The position numbers and the translations under genes were made by a program. The notes beneath the pieces are model-generated. The model saw only the letters and a list, made by a program, of their open reading frames with translations. It was not told where the DNA came from and searched no databases. A stretch of 64,000 bases of DNA from NCBI GenBank assembly GCA_965645245.1, contig OZ287072.1, positions 186,001-250,000 of the forward strand, written 5' to 3'. Positions within the stretch are counted from its first letter, which is position 1, and each line of letters opens with the position of its first letter. Positions 33,913 to 45,299 of this stretch are shown here, piece after piece. Source of the stretch: Massalongia carnosa (lineage: Eukaryota).

Positions 33913-33914
33913 AA

Positions 33915-34160
33915 CCAGAGGATTTTGCCAGTCCCATCTTTACAATCGCTGAGTACAAGGCAACATACCAGTCATTTTTACATCCTATTGATCTCAATGT
34001 TCTCGCAGCGGCCGATGTGAAACGACTAGAATTTGTAGTCCAGGCTGGTCGCCAAAAAATCAGATGTGAGAGAAGAAAACGATTTGATTTATCAAAGCAG
34101 AGGATGAGATGCTCAATCTGCAAGAGTTTCAAGCATAACAGGCGTAGAAGATTTCCCGAG
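33915..34160 (+). pseudogene. Probable MuDR-like transposase C-terminal fragment
   Basis: PEDFASPIFTIAEYKATY...HPID...AGRQK...MRCSICKSFKHNRR resembles the MULE terminal zinc-knuckle region. Confidence 0.5.
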
Positions 34161-35401
34161 GAAATGCCGCGCCCGGCGAAATGCCGCACTTTACAATTCG
34201 GCATTAGAATATTGTTTTCGTCGTTAATCAACAACTACAACGATTAATGGAATGTGTTTTAAATATAGTATAAATAGAAATTATGTAGCCGAGCCTTTCT
34301 TTATTGCTACTTCTCAAAACATCTATATAGTACTGAAAGAGTTACCCTGCTACTTTGGGCAACACTACCTTATTCGGTTAGATTGAACCCGAAAAAGGGA
34401 ACGCGGCTTTGCGGAACAGTACTGAATTATCAAATAATGCGGGGAGGACCTCCCTGCGGACAGGACCAAAAATTCCCCTCTTGCCTCGACCGTACCGGAC
34501 CGTTTCACTTCGTCAAACTTCGGAGATCGACTGATCCTGTTGATATCAGTCCGTATCGCGAAAACTACGTTCTTTTACGTTCGTTGTGGGCCGCGAGAGG
34601 TGGTCGTTGTTCGCGTTTTTCATGTTTTGATGTTCCCGAAAACTGCGCTAAATCCGTCCGTTCAATGAACCTGCGAAAACCCTCGATTCGGTTTAACGTA
34701 GTCTTAATTGGGTTTAGCATTAACAATTATCTGATCTCTTCGCAACAACAGCAACGACTACCGCTATATCTTTGCAGCCTAGCTCTTCTCCTCGAGAAAT
34801 CGTTTCTCGACTTCCCATTCCGTTACGACAATGGTGTTCTCTCCGTAGACCGCATAATAAAGTGAATTCTCCGGAAAATCCTCCCGCAAAACGCGTTCGT
34901 CTAATCTTACGACCACCGAAAACGTTCTGTTAGTCTTTTCCTGTCAGGGGAGGGCTGGAGAGATACAAGACTCTATCTTGCAGAACGGATATCTAGATAT
35001 GCTAAAACTAGAAGTAGAGAATAATACACAAGACGTCCGATGAAGAGCTCTAAACACCTGGGAAACCACAGACTTTATAGCCATGGCTTTCAACTCTCCT
35101 ATTCTCGACTTGCCCCGTCTCTGTTCCTGTACTAATTTCCTTAACATGATTGCTTTGACCTATCCCGCCTTTATCTGTGCTGAAGCACTCTCAGTCATAA
35201 GCCTGGATAGTGGAGACGTTGAGATTGGATGCGGATTGTAGGAGATTGATAGTGCGCTGAGGGCGGCAGAAGAACGCCTGAGCACGATGGATGACAGCAA
35301 TGGGCCCTGTTAAATACTAACCCGATCAGGACAAGCGGGAGGGTGCGAAGCGATTCCGTGACAGTAGCTCCCCTCTTCAAGAACGAGCTCCTGCGAGTTG
35401 A

Positions 35402-38400
35402 CTAAATTTCTTGGCAACGACAGCGGGGAGTTGTACATGGGGTGATGTGTGGTCCGGCGGCGGCAGGGTAAGCGGAATGAAAGTCGTCTAAGGCTTGCTG
35501 ACAATTAGTTAGGAAGTTGAATGGTTCCCAAGTAGGGGTATGTCCTTCCCAATTGACGAAATACTGCAACAGAGGCGGCTGATAACGGCGATCGTATTTT
35601 GAGTTCAGAATACTGTTTACATACCATTCCCGTTGCCCGTCTTCTGCGATAACAGGATCACGCGGTGCTGGGTGTTGACCGGGCAAAGGGTCGGCAGGGT
35701 CGTGTTGCAAGAGATTGACATGGAAAACAGGATGAATCTTGACAGTCTCTGGGAGTTCCAACTGTACGATTAAAGGATTGTTCGGGAAGACACGATTCAC
35801 CCGATATGGTCCTATATTTCTGTCGTCCAATTTCACCGTAGGTCTGGCAGTCTGGATATTCTTTGTGTTTAACCAGACCATATCTCCGACAGAATAACGA
35901 GGGCAGGGACGACGATTTGCGTTAGCGTTGGATTCATATATGGCTTGGGCAATTAGCATTTCGTCACGCAGGTGAGAATCTAATTTCTGCATCCTGTCAG
36001 CGAATTTATTAGCAGCAATCAGATTTGCCCGGGCCTGGGTCGATATATTTTCCGGTAGAGGTTCTGCAGGTTCAAAGCCCATGCGGGGGTGTTGCCCTGA
36101 ATTCGCTAAAAATGGCGATGCCAGAGTGCTAGATGAATCAGTGTTATTGGCAGCGAATTCAGCGCCAGGAAGAAACTCGACCCAATCATCCTGCATATAA
36201 TTCACATAAGCCCTAAGGTAATGCTCCATTGACGCATTTGCTCTTTCCGTTTGACCATCTGTTTCAGGATGATAACTGGTTGATAAACGAGCATCAATCT
36301 TTAGTCGTTTGCACAATGTTTGCCAGAAGTCCGATACGAATTGGGATCCACGATCAGAAACTAGAACATCTGGCAGGCCATGGTGTTTCCATACATACCA
36401 ATAAAAAGCTGTTGCGGCTTCTTCGACTTCCATCGTTACGGTAGGTGCGTAATGCTTTTGTTTGGATAATCGATCAACGAATACAAGAATGTAGCGATAG
36501 GTGACTCCCATAAAGGTACTTACGGGGAGAGGACCGACATAATCCATGGATACGTCGCGCCAGCGGCGTTCTGGCGGAGGCAACGGTCGCAACCATCCTT
36601 GATATCTTTCCCGCGATGGTTTAGACCGTTTGCACACATGGCAGTTTCGCACGAATTGCTGAATGGTCTTATGCATACTGGGCCACTAATAGGAGCGGCC
36701 GATAATCTCGAAGCATTTCGCACGTCCTGGATGGCCACCTACCACACTATCGTGGGCTAATTGCAGAATCCTGAGTCTCAATCTGTCTGATTTTGGTACA
36801 TATCGTCGATTTCGGAAGTAAAGAACACCATCCCTGTCTTCGCATTCAGCCAACTGAATTCCGCTGTGATATCTGGTTCCGTTTTGCAGCATTACTAGAA
36901 TTTTCGGGGCAAAGCGATCTCTTTGAATGGCTTGATTCCAAAGCTCGTCGGTAGGGATATCCATCGGGTCATTGTCAGAGGCGATCTGATCTGAATCTGG
37001 ATCGAGTTGAGGTTCGTCGTTATGATTATCATCTTCGTTGCCTAGATTTTCGGATTCATCGAGTTCGTGTTCCTGTTCTAAAAACGCAGGTGCTAGCCTT
37101 ATGACTTCTTGTTCTAGGAAAGCGGGTGCTAATCTTATAGCAGGGCATAAATTCAGGTCTCGGGCAACTTCTTCATCTATATTATGCGATTTGATGACAG
37201 TTTGATGTTGAAATTGTCGGCGTTCGTCTGTTTCATCCCCTTCTTTAGGGAGATCTCCTGATCTCCTTGTTAGGGCGTCTGGTTTCCCACCTGCTTTTCC
37301 AGGGCGATAGATTATTTTATAATCAAATCGGGATAAGAACTCGCTCCAGCGGGCTTGACGGCGGCTCAATTGCTTGGAAGACGTGAAATATTCTAGATTT
37401 TTGTGATCCGTGATTACATTGATTGGGTGAGCGGAACCCTCCAATTCGGGTCTCCATTCTTCGAAAGCCCGAACGATTGCCATTAACTCCTTATCATAGA
37501 TTTCATAATTACATTCCGCCGGATTGTGTTTCTTGGAAAAGTAAGCAATAGGTCTTAGAACACTGTTCTTGTCATATTGCGAAAGAATTCCTGCGGATAT
37601 ATAATCAGAGGCGTCTGTCTCCACGATAATTGGCTTGTCTGGATCGAAGTGCAATAAGACTACGTCTGAGGTGAAGGTTCTCTTCATAGTGTCGAAAGCT
37701 TGCTGACATTTATCAGTCCATAAAAATTTCACGTCTTTTCGTGTGAGGTTGGTTAATGGGCCAGCAATCATGCTAAACCTCAGAATGAATCGTCTGTAAA
37801 AGTTCGCAAACCCTAAGAAGCTCTGTACGTCTTTCACGTTTTGGGGAGTGGGCCAATTAATAACAGTTTCGACTTTGGCAGGATCCATTTTTATCCCCTC
37901 TGTGGTCACGATTAGACCTAGATATGAAACTTCTTTCACATGAAATGCGCATTTAGTGATGTCTGCTTGAAGGCCTGCCTCACGCAGTTTGATCAGAATT
38001 CTTTTAACGTGAACTCGTGCTCTGATTCAACGTCACTGTATATCAGAATGTCATCCAAATATGCGGTGCAAAAGTCGTCCAGATACTCTCGCAGAGTATC
38101 GTTGATAAAGTGCTGAAAAGAGGCGGGTCCATTACACAACCCGAAAGGCATTACCAGGTACTCAAATAGACCAAATCTTGTGCGGAATGCGGTGAGTTCT
38201 TCGTCGCCTTCCTTTATGCGTAGGCGATTAAAGGCTGCTATTATATCTAATTTAGTAAATATTTTAGCTCTGGACAAGCGATTCAAGGTCTCGGCTATCA
38301 ATGGCAACGGATATCTATTCTTGATAGTGACGGCATTCAGGCCTCTGTAATCAACACAGAAGCGAAGGCCCCCTCCGGGCTTTTTCACGAACATGACAGG

Positions 38401-39840
38401 AGACGCCGCATGCGAACGGCTGGCACGAATGAACCCCTTGGCCAAATTATCGTCTAAATACCGACGGAGTTCTTCTATTTCGTCGCGGCTCATGCCGTAT
38501 AACGCTTGATTTGGAGGTTGGAAGCCATCTTTCAAATTGATGGCATGGTCGTAGGGCCGGCGCTCTGGAAGCACTTCAGATTCTTTTCTAGAAAAAACGT
38601 CTAGGAATTCGTGATATTGTTTCGGTAAGATGGTGCTCGGGTCAACGTTCTTTCGTTCCCGAATGGCTTCAAGCTCTTCTTGAGTTACGGATGTTTCTAA
38701 GGTTAGCTCCTTATTCATTTTGCAGATGGTCATATGCATATCCTTATCGCTAGGGCAGGCCTTCGGATTCAATGGTGGAAAGGCCTGCATCGCTATTAGG
38801 CTAATGGATGAGCTAGGGTCGGAATGACTGGGACTGGGACTGGGAGGTGCTTTTATTCCTAAAAAGCGATCGATTTCATGAAGTGAGATACTAAATATCT
38901 CGTGATTTTTCTTTCTAGCAAGGCGATCGAAAGTTACTGCGCTGACTTCGCAAATTTGTGACGAATTGCTGCAGGATGTTTGAGTTGAGTTGATTGTCTG
39001 AACTGAGCTGGATATCTGAGTCTGATTGGGTTTCTGGATTGGACTGAGTGTCCGAACTGATTGGGGTCTGACACGTACATAGCTTTGTGATCGTGGTCTG
39101 ATTTTCGGAGTTGTGCCTCTCTGAATGGCGGTGAGTATTCGGCTTGGGCCATCTTCTTTTTGATATTCAAAGATGGAGAGCTCGGGTTGACTGGTCTGCA
39201 GAGCTGTTTCTTCTGCTTGCCATACCTTCTGACTTTCGGCAGGCATAAGGAATTCTTCTTCTTTCGTGGTGGCTGATTGCACCATTACAGGTGAAGGACA
39301 GCAGTGTGCAAGGCAAAAGGGGGACGATAGGGACAAGGTGTTGTTGGAAAAGTTTGTAATGACTCCGTGTCTGCGAAGCCATGGGTGGCCCAAAACAATG
39401 GGGTAATGTCTTAATCCTGTTACATAAAGAAAGAGCTTTTCTACATGCCCATTTAGGTCCATGGTAACTTCGGCGATGTGAGTTATGTTGCCAGTCAATG
39501 CTGGCTGGCCATCGAAGCCGGAAAGTCGTCTAGGATATTTCAATTGGTGTAAGGGGAAGTTATGAAAACGCGCGAAATCTTGATCAATAAAGGAATATCC
39601 AGATGCACCACTGTCCACAAGAATCAAAGCTTTTATTCTGGTTTGAAAACGACGTAATATACAAGAGATAACCATATGACTATCTCTAAATGTCTCATCA
39701 GTTTCAAAAAGAGTAAGAGCAGACGCCGCCGAAAAACGATTGCTAGACATGAGCGGCGGTGTAAACGATGTGGACAGCAGGCAAGAAGAAATCAAGAAAT
39801 CTGGTTGTCTCTGCGCGCGACTATGCGCAGAGACTAAGCT
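35402..39840 (-). pseudogene. pol: Gypsy pol (PR-RT-RH-IN-chromodomain) with a frameshift near 38010 and TAG at 36686
   Basis: [48 protein letters not shown], chromodomain YFVNWEG..PTWEP. Confidence 0.92.
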
Positions 39841-41072
39841 TTTTCCACCTCCTGGACCTTAGATATCTGTGACGTTGATATCGGCGTTGATTGTGCATTT
39901 GATGATCCCTCATATAGGACAAGGGAGCGAACCGCGGTTGTCTTTCGATTCGGGCAGTCACCAATGGTACCCGGATGTTGACGTCGACAATAGAAGCATA
40001 GCTTCCAGTCATCACAGATCTTACGGACTCCTGGATCCGTCAACTTATGGCCTCGAACGGCGGCCATTGCTGAACTCAGATCCATAGGATCGCCGCCGGC
40101 AGCGGCGACAGGGGCAGCAGGTGTGGTGACGGCCGGGGTGATGCGTGTGGTCGTGTTGGAGGTGCTGGTCGTGGCAGGTGCGTTTCCTCGTCTAGTGGTC
40201 GGAGGATTGCTAGCATTAGCAGCAGGGGTGGTGCGAGAATGGCGATGTTTTAACTGTCTCAGGTCCCAGTCGGTGTCGGACCACATCTGCACATGATCGT
40301 CAAACGTAACGGGCCTGGACCCATCGGTTTTTCGCCACGAGATTGCGGCTGCCTGTGTGGCGTAGTTGACATTTGATCGCATGGCGTCGATTAGAGAGGC
40401 ATCTTCCATTCCCGATCGTTCTTTCTTCTGTGTGAAGAGGTTATAGTATTCTTCGAAACTTAGCGTACCCTGTTTGAGGGTGTCACGAAGATAGGTGCGT
40501 GCGTCTTCTTCCTCAAAGCGATTGCCACATGCCTGGCGCAATTTCATTCGCCAATCTTTTAGACTTGTCAGCGCGCACAAGCCATCCTTTCTATACCTGT
40601 TCATCAAGTTGTGTGCTTTTTTTCCGATGGTAAGTCGGGATTCGGCATAGGTTATCTTTTCGTTCTCTGTAGGATAGCGGTCATGGTTCACATGCATCCT
40701 CTGTATCAGACTCTGTTCCCATGAATCGAGATTGTCCATGTTGCCGTCGTATTCGGCAATGTCCGGCAGCTTTTCTGACTTGGCCGGTTTGTCTGTGGAG
40801 AGGTTCTTGGACATAGCAGCTGTTACGGCGGCCACGATCGAAGTAAGGAACTCGGGACTGAGAGAGGAAGAAGGGGAAGACGTGGAAGGTGGTGTAACGA
40901 TGGTGGAGGCTTGTCGTGCTTGGGCTTCCTGTTCCAATTTTGCTATTTGGTTTTGCAATCTCTCCATTTCTTGAAGGAATGGAAGGGGGTTGGCCTGCAC
41001 GTAGGCAAGCTGTGCATCTGTGCTTTCAATGGGCTGCTCGGGCATAGGTTGTCCTTGATCTTGGTTTGACAT
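39834..41072 (-). CDS. gag: Gypsy gag
   Basis: 412-aa ORF after the 5' LTR; DPMDL and CFYCRRQH...CP knuckle. Confidence 0.9.
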   Translation of the reverse strand: MSNQDQGQPMPEQPIESTDAQLAYVQANPLPFLQEMERLQNQIAKLEQEAQARQASTIVTPPSTSSPSSSLSPEFLTSIVAAVTAAMSKNLSTDKPAKSEKLPDIAEYDGNMDNLDSWEQSLIQRMHVNHDRYPTENEKITYAESRLTIGKKAHNLMNRYRKDGLCALTSLKDWRMKLRQACGNRFEEEDARTYLRDTLKQGTLSFEEYYNLFTQKKERSGMEDASLIDAMRSNVNYATQAAAISWRKTDGSRPVTFDDHVQMWSDTDWDLRQLKHRHSRTTPAANASNPPTTRRGNAPATTSTSNTTTRITPAVTTPAAPVAAAGGDPMDLSSAMAAVRGHKLTDPGVRKICDDWKLCFYCRRQHPGTIGDCPNRKTTAVRSLVLYEGSSNAQSTPISTSQISKVQEVEKA

Positions 41073-42815
41073 GACTGATTATCTATAGGCAAAAAACGAA
41101 AAGAGAAAGGAAGAATAGTGCTTTGAAAAACACAAAAAAATATAGATCGGACGTAATGTCAGGGGAGGGCTGGAGAGATACAAGACTCTATCTTGCAGAA
41201 CGGATATCTAGATATGCTAAAACTAGAAGTAGAGAATAATACACAAGACGTCCGATGAAGAGCTCTAAACACCTGGGAAACCACAGACTTTATAGCCATG
41301 GCTTTCAACTCTCCTATTCTCGACTTGCCCCGTCTCTGTTCCTGTACTAATTTCCTTAACATGATTGCTTTGACCTATCCCGCCTTTATCTGTGCTGAAG
41401 CACTCTCAGTCATAAGCCTGGATAGTGGAGACGTTGAGATTGGATGCGGATTGTAGGAGATTGATAGTGCGCTGAGGGCGGCAGAAGAACGCCTGAGCAC
41501 GATGGATGACAGCAATGGGCCCTGTTAAATACTAACCCGATCAGGACAAGCGGGAGGGTGCGAAGCGATTCCGTGACATTTCCTGCGTCCGCCTGCTCCT
41601 CCAAGAAGTTCGATTGTATCTCCTGTCACTCTTCTATCTTTGCAGAGTTCGCCTAACAGTTCAGTAACGAATTCCGTTTCTCCCGTATCGTCGGCTTTCC
41701 ACTCGCCAAGCCCGCCAAATCGAAATGATTTGCAGTTGGAAAATCCGAACATTTGGGAAGAAATGCTGCTCAACGAAGCAGAAGCGGGTCAGTACAATCA
41801 CAACCGAGCTCGCGGTTTCGTAAGGTCGAGTTTCGGACATATTTCTCCATCCATTGCGAGTTCCAGACCTGTTTCTCCACCTGTTAATCATCGTGAGTCA
41901 CGAAGAAATCGTCGAACACGTCGTCGCGACCGTACTGTTGAAGCCCGTGACCATGCGGCTGCAAATCGTAACTTTCCTGCCGCATTTAAAAGTCAGTACA
42001 CTTTAGAATCCGCGATACAACGAATTCAACACATGACAGATCATTGCAGAAACTTGCGGTGCGTGGCATTGGGAAACGGAAGCTGTTCAGAGTGACAGAA
42101 GACGAGATCGAGTATACAAATCCTGTTGCAAGCGAGGTGGTGTCGTGTTGCCACCGTTTCAGCCTCCTCCTGATTATTTACGGCAACTGTTAATTGGTGA
42201 CGATATTAGAACCCGCACATTTCGCAAAAACCTCCGAAAATATAATTCCACGTTGACGTTCACCTCCGTAAACTACAAACCCGATCGCCGACTTCCTCGC
42301 AACGGTCGTGGACCGGTATGTTTTCAAAATCACGGAGAACTGTATCACCTGCAAGGTCCTTTGGATCCCGTTGACGATTCTCCTCGCTTTGCTCAACTGT
42401 TTTTTACGATCCCGACGAAGCAACCGCGATTCGTACTCGACAACATACAGAATTGGATCCCGATATTGTACGACGTTTAACAGATGTTGCACAATATGAA
42501 TCCCTTTATCAGGCTTTACAAATCCGCCAGCGAGGCTTTGCGGGAGAATGCGGCCACAACCGATGATCGTCGTGTTACGGATCCTACGGCCTTATGGAAT
42601 CGATACGAAAATGATGTATATGACGATTTACCGCATCGATTACGATCAATGACTGATGTTCCTGACGATTTAATGAGTCCGCATTTAGATTACGGCCTTT
42701 ATTTGTTAAACGGAGGTCTTTCGGATTTAGGAAAACGATTAGAGGATTAGAATATGCCGCTGTTTACATACGATTGGGGTCGGAGTACTGGAAATCCGTT
42801 GATCGCAAATGAAAT

Positions 42816-42984
42816 TGTGACGAAGCGAGAAGTAAATAGATTTCTACCATTGCGCCACCTGTCCTCCCGACCAAAAGGCACAATACTTAGTCCGCAGACC
42901 AAGCTCTATTCTACTATAACTGGGACTCCTGCTTTGTTCGCTGTAGGTCCTGCCGTCCGCACCACGCATGGTCGAACCGTTACA
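42816..42984. mobile_element. Solo LTR in the Helitron coding region
   Basis: TG..CA, TSD GAAAT (42811-42815, 42985-42989); same family as 1781-1950. Confidence 0.9.
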
Positions 42985-45299
42985 GAAATGACTTACGATT
43001 TCAACGGAGAAACGACGTTACGAAATGAACGATATACTCAATTGAATGCGGATCAGAAATACTGTTTTGATACCATTGTTGCGAGAGTTAGAGATTATCC
43101 TAGAATGGCGCATTTTTTTGTTCACGGACCTGCAGGAACAGGTAAGACTTTTTTATAATAGAATCTTTGCAATGATATTCGGGCGGAGAATAAAATCATT
43201 CTTTGCGTTGCGTCTCCCGGCATTGCGGCTTTACTTCTTCCTAGCGGACAGACTTCACATTCCCGGTTGAAAATTCCTTTGATTTTAAATGAGGACAGCA
43301 TGTGTAATATCACCCGCAACACGCATTTACACTGTCTTTTGCAACGCACAGCCTTAATCATTGGGGATGAGGTGCCGATGCAACACAAACAATGCTTCAT
43401 GGCCGTACATCGCACTTTTACGGACCTTTTAGGTAATGACGACCTTTCGGAGTTATTCCGATGGTGTTAGGCGGAGATTTCGCTCAAATCTTGCCCGTTG
43501 TTCCCCGTGGAAATCGGGAAGCCATCGTTGCGGCGAACATTCAAAACACCTTCTGTGGCCGCGATTTCAAAAACTGTTTTTGCGTCAAATCATGCGAATT
43601 CGTAACGAAGTCGCCAATGAGGCGTTTGCGGACTGGATCGGGAAAATGTCTTATGATCCTGCTTTTTCCGGTCGTGTTCAGCTACCGGAACAAGTCAATC
43701 AACTGAACAACTTAGACAGTTTCGTGGACACCGTTTTTCCTTCCGATCGCATGCGGCAAGCTCATCTGGATGCGGATTCTTTCGCAAGTCGAGCAATTTT
43801 GACTTTGCGGAACGATATCGTCGCAGAGTTAAACGGTGCAGTACTGAATAAATTGCAGGGCGGTTCGCACACCTTGAACTCCGTTGCTCAAATAGAGAAC
43901 GATACGGCGCAGGAACGAGGAGACTTTCTTCCTCCCGAGTTTTTACAACCCTTGCAAACATCGTCTATACAACCTTCACAATTGCAACTGAAACTTGGAG
44001 CCCGAATCATTTTTTTGCGGAATTTGTATCCCAAACTTGGTCTCTGTAACGGCACCCGATTACGTCTTACTCACATTTCGCGGACCTGTCTAGAGGGAAA
44101 GATTTTGGGATAAGAATTCAACGGTGAAACGCGATTAATTCCCCGGATTCTTCTTAATACCACGGAAGGCGAGTTGCCCTGGATCATAAGTCGCAAACAA
44201 TTTCCGATACGATTGTGCTTTGCTATGACTGTCAACAAGTCGCAAGGTCAATCATTGGACACGATAGGAGTCGATTTGCGAGCTCCTCCTTTTACTCATG
44301 GTCAGTTATATGTGGCATTATCTCGAGTTATGGATGTGTCTCGATTGTGTATGTTGTTTCCGGAACGAAATGACTGGAAAACGGATAACATTGTATATCC
44401 GGAAGTAATTCTGCGATCGCAACATGACATGATAACTCATGTTCCTCCGAATCCTGCTGTAAGTTTATGATGATATAGGGTATCATGTCACTTAGAAAAT
44501 GTATTCAATTGCAAAATAGACAGCAAGTTTATTGTGATATCAAAAATTTATCGTCCGGGTCATCAAGTGTGACATTTTCCGCTAATTTCGCAAGTCGTAA
44601 GTTTTAGAAAATTTAAGAAAAGTTTTCAATTTTTCGATTTCAATCCTGAAATTAAATAGATAATTTTGTATTGCATACGTGGTTTTAAATTTACAACCTT
44701 TTACGAATTGTATCGATCGTAAAAACTTGAAACCGGTTCCAAAATCTCAGTTCTGAGATGGCACGGTCTCGTCTATATAGTACTGAAAGAGTTCCCCTGC
44801 TACTTTGGGCAACACTACCTCATTCGGTTAGATCTAACCTCATGCGGTTAGGTTTAACCCGAAAAAGGGAACGCGGCTTGCGGAACAGTACTGAGTTATC
44901 AAATAATGCGGAGAGGACGCCGTACGGAAAGGACCAAAAAGAGGCACCTCATTGCGAGCTTGCATTTCATCGTATGATATCGTAAAACTTTGCAGACCTA
45001 CTAATCACATCAACCATAGTCGATATCTCGAAACTTGCGTGCTTTTTCGCCCGTTTGCGGTGGGGGGAGGAGGTCTCTTTGCGAAGCATCAGATTTTCTT
45101 TGAAATCGTCCATAAGAGATTTAGCGCGGACTCGATTGGGTTTACGGTGCTTTTCGTGTTATTTACCTATCATCGCAGCTCTTTTCATCCTAGCCTTTTC
45201 ATCGCAGCTCCTTTCACCGCTGAATATCAACGTGAACTCGATACAGGAATATTAACGGAGGATACTTTGACGAAAAAAATTGACGATGATATAGATAAG

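Larger units (their letters stand above)
34942..41578 (-). mobile_element. Ty3/Gypsy chromovirus LTR retrotransposon, full length
   Basis: 422-bp LTRs 34942-35363 and 41157-41578 (TG..CA, no differences seen); TSD TTTCC; PPT GAAGAGGGGAG next to the 3' LTR. Confidence 0.97.
34322..44770 (+). mobile_element. Helitron with degraded Rep/PIF1 helicase gene (41584-44470); 3' end uncertain
   Basis: A|TC 5' end; CCKRG, FRKNLRKYNS..FTS, RFAQL; GPAGTGKT, GGDFAQILPV, GLCNGTRL, QFPIRLCFAMTVNKSQGQSL, HGQLYVALSRV; Rep core appears deleted; many frameshifts. Confidence 0.85.

Noticed and set aside
34944..35380. Short ORFs duplicated at 41159-41604
   Set aside because: They lie in the LTRs and show no coding evidence.
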